NCBI RefSeq assembly: GCF_000315625.1
Contig: NW_005434663.1
Location: 248,001-312,000 of the forward strand
Length of the DNA: 64,000 nt
DNA from: Guillardia theta CCMP2712
Taxonomy: Eukaryota > Protista > Cryptophyta
Direction of reading: 5' to 3'
Both the position numbers and the translations under genes were made by a program. Of the stretch, positions 34,401 to 45,621 are shown piece by piece. The notes beneath the pieces are model-generated. The model was not told where the DNA came from. It saw only the letters and a list, made by a program, of their open reading frames with translations, and made no database searches. The first letter of the stretch is position 1; every line of letters starts with the position of its first letter.

Positions 34401-37400
34401 TCCTTGTTGTCAGCTAAGTCACCTCTGACTCTTTCAAGGTGGCGGGCCTCCTCCTCCACCTCCTCCACCTGGCAAAGGAGGGCCTCCAGGTCCTCCTCCT
34501 CCTCCTGGCCAAGTCCTGTTGGGAGCTGCAGCGCCAGCGGTCGCGGGGATGCCAGCGAAGAAGAAGCAGCAGCCTGTGAAGAAGCTGAAGCAAGTGCACT
34601 GGATCAAAGTGAACGAGAGGAAAGTCAAGGACACCATCTGGGAGAACATGAAGGATGACGAGGTGAAGGACCGAAACTTGTGCAGCTTATCTCTTCTGAG
34701 AGATTCGCGTGCAGGTCAAGATCGACAAGGATGAGTTGGAGAACTTGTTTGCGGCGAAGACTCTGGCGAAGGAGACGAACGCGGCAAGTCAACCATGCCG
34801 GAGAGGGGAGAGCGTGATCGACTTGGTCAGGACGAGGCGCAGGAAGGAGAGGATGCAGCACTAGGACAGCCAGGCGGTGAGGCTCTGGCCCTTCTGTCTT
34901 GCTTCATGACCGTAGCATCAGGGCTCCGCAAGAAGAGAGTGGTCATCCTGTTGAGCGCCAACAGGTAGGAGGAGCCAGCAAGGAGCTGCCGCGACTGACA
35001 GGGAGCAGATCGCAGACCATCGGAGTTCTGCTGTCCCACCTCAAGATCCCCCACGAGGAGTTCAGGAGAGCCATCATGGCGCTCGACACGAGGACGCTGC
35101 AGGTGAACAAGAGGAGGAGGAGGAGGGCAACAACTCACACTGTGGCAGCCGAACTTCGTGGTGCAGCTGATGAGGCTGCTGCCCACAGACCAGGAGGTCG
35201 CGGCCCTGCAGTCCTACACCGGGTCTGTCTGCTTCATTTGTTCCCTCTCAATTCACCTTCCAGCTGGACAGGCCCAAGGAAGAGCTGGGAACGGCCGAGC
35301 GCTTCCTCTTCGAGCTCCTCTGCATCCCTCGCCTCAAGCCTCGTCTGCAGGTGAGCGGCAGGCGTGCAGGAGCCTGAGCGTGCTGAGGCGGCTTCCAGTG
35401 CTTCGTGTTCATCCTCGAATTCAACGCAAGGTTGCATGACCTATCGGAGAACGTGGAGGTAGCGCAAGACTCTGCTCCTCCTTCTGCTCCTCCTCCTCCG
35501 CTCACCCCAGGCAGGTCCTCAACTACGCTCTTCATGATATCAAGCGCTGTTCGAAGCTTGTCAAGGTGACAAGAGAGGAGACCACTGCTGCTGCAACTGC
35601 CGCTCAGCCACCCGCAGGTCTTCGAGCTGATTCTTGCCATTGGCAACTACCTGAATGGGACGGGACCGCGAGGAGGAGCGTACGGGTTCAAGCTGGAGGT
35701 GCGAGGAGCTCGTCCAAGGAATCAGGCTCCTCACTCGCTGCAGGTCCTCACCAAACTTGCGGACACCAAGACGACCGACAACAAGAGCACGTTGCTCCAC
35801 TATCTCGTGCGTGAGAACGAGGGAGAGGATTGGACGTGAACGCTGCTGCGTGTAGGTGAGTTTCATAGAGCGGGAGAACAAGAGCCTGTTAGACTTTCCG
35901 CAAGAGCTCAGCAACGTCGAGATTGGAGCAAAAGTCTCGGAGAATGTGGTGTGTGATGAGGAGGAGACTGTTGTGCTCCTTTGAATGGCATCAGGTGGAG
36001 GAGATTAGCAAGTTCAAGAGGGAGATCAAGTTCATTTACGAGGAGATGAATCGTCCCTACTACAAGTAGCAGCTCCTTCTCCTTGTGTGCTTCGACCTCT
36101 GCCCTCACTTCCCTGCCAGGAGCAACGCCAAGAACGACCCGTGCGGAGCGAAGCTCGAGCAGTTCTACCACACCGCGTACAACGACATGGAGGTGCTGGA
36201 GCAGAACAAGAAGGACGTGAGCATGAGCAGGCGCTGCCGCTTCACCTCGATGACGTTGCCACAGGCGCTGAGCTTGTACAAGGAAGTCTCAAAGACGTGA
36301 GAGGTGCGGTTAGACGCGAAGAGAGCTGACGGAGGTCGCCAGGTTCGGGGAAGAAGATCTCAAGCCAGACGAGTTTCTCACGCAGATCCATCAATTCGCG
36401 CAAGCCTTCAAGGAAGCGTACAACGAGAACGTCAGGAAGAAGGTCAGGTGCTGAAACCCTCCTGCTCTCGCTCATCTTCTCACAGGAAGAGGAGGAGAGG
36501 ATTCGAAGCCGGCGGGAGGCCTTCATCAAGCAGATGGCAGAGCGCGACAAACAGGTCGAGGCCAGAAAGAAAGGAAAAGCAGCTCCACACAAACCTGCCA
36601 ACGACGCTCGATCGCAGAATGCAGTGAGTGACCACCCTCCTTTCCTCCACCTCCTCCCCTCAAGACCTCTCTCTTCTCTCCTTGACCCAAATCAACAGCC
36701 GAACCAGTCCAAGGAGAACGCAGCAGCAAGACCAGAGCAGCGACAGCATGAGCAGGCGCCTCTCAAACAACCTCCCTCCTCCTTCAACTCTCGCGCAGCT
36801 CCGAAGAACGCGCAAGGGGCAAGGGCTTGTTCTGCGTTCTATCGCCCTGCTGATGAAGCATGCAGGACTCCGACGACTCTATCGCACAGATGATCAACAC
36901 CATGCCCAAGAGCGGCAAATTCGTGATCAAGAAGCAGGTGGCTGACGCCTCCTCCTTGTCCTCCTCCTCCTCCCTCCTCTTCTCTCCTCTTTTCTCTTCC
37001 TCCTCTCCTCTCCTCTCCTCTCCAATCCTCCCTCTTCTTCGTTTCTCTCTATCGACCTGTAGCTGACGCAAGACATAGGCTACCAAGGAGGGCAGCACCC
37101 TCCTTCGCGACCACTTGCAGGTGAGGCAACCATGCGCGTCATGCTCGAGCGATCTCACTCCTTGCCAGCAAAAGAAGGATGAGCAGCCCTCGCAAAGCTC
37201 GTCCAGTACTCCTCTCTCCGCCATCGCCCCGTCCAATGGCACCTCCTCCTTCTCTGACTCCTCCACCAACAGCCTCGAGAGCTCGGAGGTCAGCGGCTCC
37301 TGCTCGTGTTGCTCCTGACGATTCAACAACAGCAGGCTACATCTGGCAACCGGATCCGCTCGAACCTCAAGGACCTGGGGAGGTTTCTGACACCAGGAGG

Positions 37401-37416
37401 AGGCAAGCGCAAGTAG
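31458..37416 (+). CDS. Formin (FH1 plus FH2) with an N-terminal B-box zinc finger
   Basis: [22 protein letters not shown]|[17 protein letters not shown] (intron 31533-32067). Polyproline FH1 at about 34160-34510. FH2 motifs [65 protein letters not shown]. Frame traced exon by exon from B-box to FH1. Confidence 0.88.
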
Positions 37417-37522
37417 ATAAACGTGATTATGCCCTATACGACTGAAGGTAGTCGTACCACAACCTCTTTGTCTGCAATCATGGTTCTGATGCTACATCAT
37501 TTCCGTCTCTTCTTGCTTTATC

Positions 37523-37612
37523 CCTCTCCTCTCCTCTCCTCTCCTCTCCTCTCCTCTCCTCTCCTCTCCTCTCCTCTCCTCTCCTCTCCTCTCCTCTCCT
37601 CTCCTCTCCTCT
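37523..37612 (+). repeat. (CTCCT)n pentanucleotide microsatellite
   Basis: Read directly; intergenic. Confidence 0.9.
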
Positions 37613-37875
37613 CGCTCGCAAAGACATTGGTTCATAACATTTTGCAACCACCCCTACCCCTACACTTTACCTTGTTACGTACCCCCTTTCGCCAACCCTG
37701 TCTACAACCTTTACGGTACAAGAACCCCTATGACTCACTACCCCTGAACTAAAAGAATAACACCCCTACCCCCTCTACTAGCACACACCACCCCCATTCA
37801 AGCTAACACCCTACCTACCCTGTCATATCTCATTTTAAGTACCCCCACCGTTTGCCCTCGCTCCTCTCCTCTCCC

Positions 37876-38617
37876 ATGCCGTGGCGCGCGCGGCTTTCCC
37901 GCAACATGGCCGAGCTTCGCTTCCTCATCAATCCTCGGGCTCCGCACACGGAAGGATGCAGGTGCCTTGACTTGCGTCTTCCAGCACACTCTTCCTCCCT
38001 TACCCCCTCCTTATCTCATTCTCCTCCTGGTTGAATGGCCTGACTGATGTGGTTTTCATTCATTCTGTTGTGTTTTAACTATCTTCCAGTGATTATGCGT
38101 GTTTTTTCAATGTCTTGACTGCTTCTGATATCTATCACATATGAAATTCAGTGTTACTTGCAATTTTCTTTTTGTTTCCGTCAGTTTTCTGAATGATAGC
38201 TTTCGTGACCCACAGAAAGTTGTTTATCGTTTTGCTTGTGCTTTGTTTCTTTCTGTGACGATTGGTTCATTTCCTATGGAAAGAGTTGAATCAAGACTGA
38301 ACTCTGATTGCAGCAAGTTCATTATCAAACACTATGCTTTCTTGAAAGGGCTTAACCCCGAGATGACTTTTCTGGTTCGTGAAACGGCCAACACGTCCTG
38401 GGAGCCTGTGGTCGAAGCTGTTTACCAAGGTTTCAAAGCCAACGAGACCACCAGGGTCACCAACATGACCGAAGAGCAAATCTTTGGTATACAATTGCAT
38501 GTTGACGATTGTGTTGCTTTCTGACGCGCTCGTGGTACAGCCGAAGTGAAAAGGTTCAATGATGTTGGAATTGAGCACAACAAGCATGTGGAATATTTGT
38601 TGCCTGACATTATTTGA
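37876..38617 (+). CDS. NDUFA2: NADH:ubiquinone oxidoreductase subunit B8 (NDUFA2)
   Basis: Exons 37876-37961, 38314-38486 and 38541-38617 give MPWRARLSRNMAELRFLINPRAPHTEGCSKFIIKHYAFLKGLNPEMTFLVRE..., matching the B8 pattern (W...LS....ELR; F....Y..LK.LNP...L.RE). Confidence 0.85.
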
Positions 38618-38781
38618 ATGCAAGAGTAACACAGATTGAACCAACATCTTGTGTAATGGCGCTTTGTGGTCCTTCTTTCCCTCTTCACAAATAGATTCCC
38701 ACAGATAGATTCACTATCGCATGTCTGCTTAGATGCAGAGCTGTGCAAGCACAAAGCCATTTCTTACATGTCTTGTGTGAT

Positions 38782-40702
38782 TTACATGTGCGAGTCCATG
38801 TAGTCTTGGCGCTTCGAGTTGGAACTTCGGTTTTTCTTCCCCATCCAACGATCCGCCGTCTTGTCCCATCGCTTGCCAACCTCCGCCTGACGTCGGGAGG
38901 GGACCCGGCCTGGCTGACCATCATCGAAGTAGCGGCCTGCAGCCAGTCAGTGGGGACGCTCTTTGTGCTTATGCTCACCTGGATTCTTCTCTGAGACGGG
39001 TTTCGGGTAAAGCTGCACGTTGGCCGACATCTTGTCCCTGCTGTCATGTCAGTGACGGCAAGAGGAAGCGCATCAAGAAGTATGAGATTGACCTCAGCTC
39101 AGAGTAGGAAACGATCTTCACGTTGCAGTCAAGCTGCTCCTTCTCGCTCATTTGCCATGGCGAATGAACTTTGACCACCGGAACGTTTCTGAGCTCGGGG
39201 CACCAGAGGCGGCAATACTCGCCATCTTCATCGTAGTCCTTGGATTGCTTCAGGATGTTGAACTTGTTGATCCTGCCCCCTGAAAGCCCAGCAGCGAACA
39301 TCCAGTTCCCCCAGTTCGCCGTCACGTCGTGATCAAGCAACGTCTCCTCGAAGTACGCTGCCCCGAGTCGCCAGTCAACGTTGAGGTTCTGCGTGAGGAA
39401 GCTAGCGACGTTCTGTCTTCCTCTGTTGGACATGAAGCCGGTGTACTTCAACTCGCGCATGTTGGCATCCACAAGAGGCTGGCCGGTCTCTCCGTCCACC
39501 CATCGCTGAAACGCTTCTCCTTCACCCTCCCACTTCCACGACCTGTGCGCGATGCCTCCGATCTTGAAGACTTCATTGCCATGCTTCATGCAGATGTAGC
39601 GGAAGAAATCTCTCCAGATGAGCTCGAAGATGAGCCAGTAAGTCGACTTGTTCTTCACCCGCTGGGACTCGTACCGCTGCACTTCCTCATAGATGAATCG
39701 AGGAGAAATGCATCCATGCGCCAGCCAAGCCGAAAACTTGGAGCTGTAGTCAGCTCCGATCATGCCGTTTCTGGTCTCGAAGTAGTCCTTCAGACAGTCC
39801 TGCTTCCAGATGTAATGCTGAATCCTGTCCAGTCCAGCTGACTCGCCTCCCACGAACTGAAGGACAGAGCGAGGGTCCGGCTTTGCCGCTCCTTCGACTT
39901 CCTGAGCTGAAAAGCCCAGCGACTCGAGAGACGGAAGCCCTTCGTCGAGCTTCTTCGCGTCTTCGGGGACGACGCCAAGGTTGCCCTTGACCGGGTATGG
40001 GAAGCACTTGCGGACCTTGGACTTCCTCTCACACGCCTCCTTGAAGGGAGTGAAGACATCAGGCATGTCCGTCAGCCCCTGCCTGTTCGAGAATCACGTG
40101 AGCAAACCACGGAGTGAAGGAGAAAAGAGAGGAGATGGAAGAAGAAAAGAGGACAGAAAGGATGGAAGGGGGGGGGGGGGGGGGGGGACATCCGCAACCT
40201 GTAAGGAAGGTCGTCCCGATGAAACAGAGTGTGACCCCAGAGCAGGTGAAGTTTGCCTCCTATGAGCGACGTAAGACTAGCGCAACAGAAGAGAAATGCC
40301 GTCACCCAAAGGAGCGATGGCTCGCTTCACAGCACGATCAACGCGAAGCTCTTCGTCCGTCACTTCCTCTTGGGCCAGCACTGTGGTGTCTTCTCCGCTC
40401 TGCATAAGGCGAGGAATGATCACTTCTGGCTTGCCAGAGAGCACCAGCAGATCCGAACCAACTCCTTGCAGCCTCTTCTTGAGGTCTGCAACGGACTCCA
40501 GCAGAAACTTGGCACGAAGTACGCCAGTTTTGCGAGGACCATACTGACTCTGAGCGAAGAACCGTGGATCGAAGCAGTACACAGGGAGGACACTGAGAGC
40601 GCTGTTGGAAGCAAGGAAACGCTTGCTTGCCTCTGCAATGAGCACGTTGTCTGTAAGACGAAGATCGTTCCTGAACCAGAGGACAACACGTCCTCCCGAC
40701 AT
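38782..40702 (-). CDS. Cryptochrome DASH (photolyase/cryptochrome family)
   Basis: LWFRNDLRLTDN, LPVYCFDPR, RAKFLLESVADL, LWGHTL, YFETRNGMIGADYSSKFSAWLAHGCISPR, NKSTYWLIFELIWRDFF, TGFMSNRGRQNVASFL, ANWGNW, FNILKQSKDYD. Spliced C-terminus ...YPKP...MDSHM*. Confidence 0.95.
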
Positions 40703-41479
40703 CTTCAGACTCGTCAACGGTTTGTTCACCTGCCTTGCTTGAATCGAGGGAAGATTGAAGCTCCCGACGAAGGCAGCAAACGAAGAAGAGAAGAGGGAGA
40801 GGAGGAGGAGGAGGAAGGGAAGGGAGGGATACAAGGCAGGCAGCTTGAGCGGCTGAGGCTTTAGGGGATCCTCCTCCTCCAACTCTCAAAACCACACGCT
40901 TAAAGGCCCTGGTCGTAGTAGAGTTTACTCAAAGTTCAAGGCCTTGAGCAAACTACCCCACCTATTTCAACCCTGATTTCGCATCACCCCCTACTCACAC
41001 CCCTGCACCTCATGATGAAAGGCTATCTTTGTGGCATTATACCCGGTACTATAGTACCCCTACCCACCTTAAACACACCTACCCCCAAATTATCGCATAT
41101 GACACCCTACCCTGTAGTTTACTGCATGTCACCTAGCAACTGCCCACTACCCCTGTGGTTTACTTTAGTACCAAGAAGTCATCAGTACCATGAATTCCTT
41201 CGAGTACTGATAACCTATACCCTCATCCCCGCTATATCACTCATCGCCCTCGCACCCGAATTTCCCGCGCTGGCATGAAGCTCAACGCGAATGGGCTGAA
41301 GGCATGAGGAATGGGGAGAGAGGACGAGGAAGAGGAAGAGGAAGAGGAAGAGGATAAGGATGATGATGAACAAGAAGCGATTGAGAACATGAAGTTCGAG
41401 ATGGGGTGAAGGGTCAACCTGGAAGGTGACTTGTTGACATGGCTATGTGGAGTAGGATATTCAGGAAAGACGTACAGAA

Positions 41480-44400
41480 ATGAGTAACCCAGGGGAGTCA
41501 GGGATGAAAGGACAGAGGAATCAGGGAGCAGCTTATGATGGGCAAATACTATGCTCACGGACCTATCTTCCTCTGCTTGACGGTTGTGCTCTAGTTGGGG
41601 AATGGAAGGATTTCCAGCGCTCGTTCGAGGGAATCGTGCGTTCGCACAACAGGTTTCACGCTCTTGGCTGAGAAAGTGAGCTAATGTCCATCTCCGCCAT
41701 GGCAGGATTGGAGTACGGCGATCAGTTGCTACACGGAAGCGCTTGGTAAGGAAGCTGCTCCTTGAACCATGATGTCCTGACGAAGAATGAAGATGAAGAT
41801 GACGACGACGTCACTGCATTGTGGTATGCTGCTATGCTCCTTGCCTGCTGGTTCGGTAGGATGTTGACGCTAGACAGCAACCGATCAGCAGCGTATTATT
41901 CCATGGAGTTGTACAAGACCAGCCTGAAGGTTGTCGGGGAGGTCTGCAAGGTTTCTATCTACTCACCTCGCATTCAGGATGCGAACTCAGTCCTCGAGAT
42001 TGAGCCTGAGAACGTGAAAGCTTTGGAGCGCAAAGGTGGATCTCGGCATGACATGGCACATGAGGAAGTGATGCTTCGATCAGGATTGGCTCTTGCTGCC
42101 ATGGGAAAGCGCAAGGAAGCCGAGAATGCGTGGAAGGCGGCCTTGATGATTGGGGGCGACTTGGATGTCTACATGAACGTTCTGAGCCATCTGGGTTTTG
42201 CTTCGCATGCAAAGCATGTGGAATTCAATGGTTCTGAACCCATTCAAAGTCAAACCCCTCGCAAACAAGAAAAAATGGGTGAGGGAGACCTGAATCAGTT
42301 TGTTGACCTGATTGACTGCCAGCCTCTTACTATCCTCACTCGAGCTCGAGTCCGGCAAAGTCTCCTCCAAAGCAAGATACTGTTCAAGCCTCCGCCAAGC
42401 ATGTACACGGGCATAAGAGTGACAACCACAGCGGAATTTCCTTGGGCAAGAAGGAAAAGAAGGCAGTTCAAGAGGTGGAGAAGGAGACGTACGATCCTGA
42501 CCATGAGCATGACAAAAGCGCTTCAAACCGAGGGGTTCTGACGATTTCAGCTTCGAAATCGTCGGAAACCAAAGATCCAGCTCAGGTACCCAAGCGGATC
42601 ATCTGACAGCGATGTCATCGCTGACGGTGCATGTCAGGTCGCTGCCCTTGCAGCCGCACAAAATTTGATTGCGCATGGAATTGGAAACATATCAGTGGAT
42701 CAGAAGATTGCATTAGGTTACCTACAGGTATTGATACGAGATGCTGTCCATATTATACTCTTTGATGTGCATTTGCAGGTGAACACTGGGAACTACAAAG
42801 CAGGAATAGAGATATTTGATGGGATGCTGAGAGAAGACGATAAACTAGTTGCTGCATATCTTGGGAGAGGAACAGCCTATGCACTCCAGGCAATTACTGA
42901 GAAGAGAATTCTTCACTTTACCTCTCATCACCATGCAGGGAAATCTCGCAGCGGCAGCAAAAGACTTTTCTCGGGCCGTGGATGCTGATCCGAATGTTGC
43001 GGACGCATGGAAGCGTCGAGGACAGACAAGAGCGGCGTTAGGCTTTGATCAAGTGCAGAGAAGGGATGGAGCGGTGCTGGATTTAATTTCAAGTTGTCAG
43101 GAGGCGATCAAGGACCTCACCAAGGCAGCAAGTTTATCACCAGACCACGAGTGTTTCCACCAGGTATGCTCACATCGAACTTGTCCACTTGTTTCCCGAT
43201 TGGCTGACATTGAAACTGAGATGCATATCTGACGTGTGACTTTTTTTTTCAGAGAGGGATTGTTTACCACAAGATGATGGACTTCCGCAAAGCTTTGACG
43301 GACTTTCGCAAAGCGCTCAACATAGACGGTAGCAGCCCCATCACATGGAACTTCGTCGGCCTCTGTGAAAACTCACTGGGTAGAACGCGAGAAGCAATCA
43401 TCGGTGAGTAATGCCATGCCATTGGTCTCGTCTGCCCTTGATGAGTCTGTTAGCCTACGAACGAGCCACCCAACTCGATCCGAACATGAAAGAAGCATGG
43501 GCCAACTTAGGTCAAGCGTACAGGGACGCAGGAGATCGACAAAATGCGGAGAAATACTTCGCAATGGCTGAGAAGCTAGACCCGAACTATGTGCACTGCT
43601 ACCATCTCCGAGGTCTTCTGTTCTACGGATGTGGTGAAATTAGACTCGCGCTGCACGATTTCTCTAGGGGTCATGAATGCGATCGGAACGACAAGAATTG
43701 CTTCCTGATGAAAGCTGTCTGCAAGCACAGTCTCGGTGACATGTCTGGTGCAATATCCGAGTACACTCTACTCTTGAAGATGGATCCAGGTGAAGATCTT
43801 TGATCATTCTTGTCGATGTAAAATATATGATTCTGTGATGGTGGATGACCTCTCCTTTACACCATTGTCTTGACGATGTTTCATGGTCATAACATCTTTT
43901 CCAATCTTTCGACTTCCAGTCAGAAAGGAACTGATGGTTGCTGCAGGACATCTCTGCTACTATCAGAGAGAGTTGGCGATATACTTGCAGAAGCATCTTG
44001 ACGTCAATCTCATCTCCTTCAATGCGGATGTCGAGTTGGATGCCTACTTCAAGGAGTCTTACTGCAAGCGAGACCCGACCAACCATCCTCGACTCTGCAA
44101 CTATATCCCGCAAAAGCCTGCGACATCAAAAATCCCTGACGTGAAGATGGTGGACAAGACGGGGGTGAAAGAAGTCGACGAGCTTGTGGAACTCTCGCGG
44201 AGGTTTGGGCCTCTGATTCAACTCAGGTCTGCTGGCTTCTTGAGCAACCTCAGACAGCATCGAATGTGCGGCCTCGCCATCCTGCACATGGCACAACAGG
44301 CAAAAGCCTGGTGGCAGAGTGGAAGCACAGCAGAGACTGTGGCAAATGGGTCTCGGCGCTATGACCTCTACTTCGACGTCAAGGGCAGCTCCAAGGACTG

Positions 44401-45320
44401 CGGGAAGAAGCATGCCTTCGGCTGGCGCGACTTCATGGACATCTCAGTGAAATGGCGGCAGATCTCCGAGCCCAACGACCCGGTCTTCTGGATAGACCTG
44501 ATGGCACCTGAAGTCTTCGCCGAAGGGTTCGGTCTGCAGACCCCCATGGTAACCGGGCAGATGAACGTGGTGAGGTACTACCCCTACTTCGAGCGAGCGA
44601 GGGACGTGGTGAAGAAGCTCATCGAGGAGAGCGGCGCATGCAACGTGCACGACCAGCGGTTCATGCTCCCTCCCAACAAGATCGACCAGCTCAGAGAGGC
44701 CAAGACTTGCCAGGACCTGTGGGAAGTGATGCAGCAAGGCTTCTACGTCGAGACCCCTTGCCATAGTGTTGCTCGGCCCGGCGAGATCATGGCAGGAACA
44801 AGGATCACCCTCCTTCAGAAGCCTCCCGATGGCTTCGACTTCACCATCCGCACCCCTGGCACGCCGCCGCGATGGGTGGAGATGGACAAGGAGATGGCGC
44901 ACGCGTGGTCGCTGCTGACGGAGGAGGCGAGGAGACAACCCGAGCCAGACCTCGACAGGTTCACTGACCTCGCGCTCACCTTCTACTTCTACTGGGTCAA
45001 CTTCGGCCCTCTCTCGCGAGGAACCGCAGCCTGCGGCTACATCGCCTTCTTTGCGCTCATGCTCTCCATCGGGATCGAGGTCCAGACCTCCCCGCCCGAG
45101 GGCACCCAGGTGAAGCACGAGCCTCCCTTGCTCGCTCCTGACAGACCGACAGGTGGACTGGCCGGCCATCCTCTCGCCGACGCCCGCAGGCTTCATCGAC
45201 GAGGTGAAGAGCTGGATCTACCCCTCTAGGAAGCGATGCGACATCCTCGAGACCGCCCCAGCCGTCGGTGAAGTCCTCGCGACCCCGCGAAGGATGCTGG
45301 AGGCTCTCAACTGTAAGTAG
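41480..45320 (+). CDS. TPR protein of the SRFR1 (suppressor of rps4-RLD1)/TTC13 family
   Basis: Multiple TPRs (AYLGRGTAYALQ, DAWKRRGQTRAALG, EAWANLGQAYRD) plus conserved C-terminal motifs WRQISEPNDPVFWID, FDFTIRTPGTPPRW, YWVNFGPLSRGTAACG and QVDW. Stop TAG at 45318-45320; start approximate. Confidence 0.88.
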
Positions 45321-45621
45321 CCCGGGGAAGGTCGGAGCTCCTTGACAACAACATGTACTGCCTGCACTGCCTGCTTCCTCTAGTGCGTCACCTCCTCCGT
45401 CGGAGCCTCCAAGGGAACCTGCGCTCAATTTGTGAGGACCATTGGGGCAACGGGTAGGGGTCAGGGAGGGGAAGGGAGGAGCAGAGGAACGAATGTACTA
45501 GGTTGCGGGAGCCAGGACGGGGTGCGCGTACCAGCAGACATTCCCTTTCATCTCCCTCCTCGCCAGAATCTCCATCCCCTTGCAGCTGTCATGAGAGTCA
45601 ACAGAGGAGCGAGGAAGGAGC

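Noticed and set aside
33754-34468. Gly-rich and Glu-rich minus-strand ORFs
   Set aside because: Antisense of the formin FH1 polyproline exons.
44444-45196. 250-aa minus-strand ORF
   Set aside because: Antisense shadow of the conserved SRFR1/TTC13 exon.
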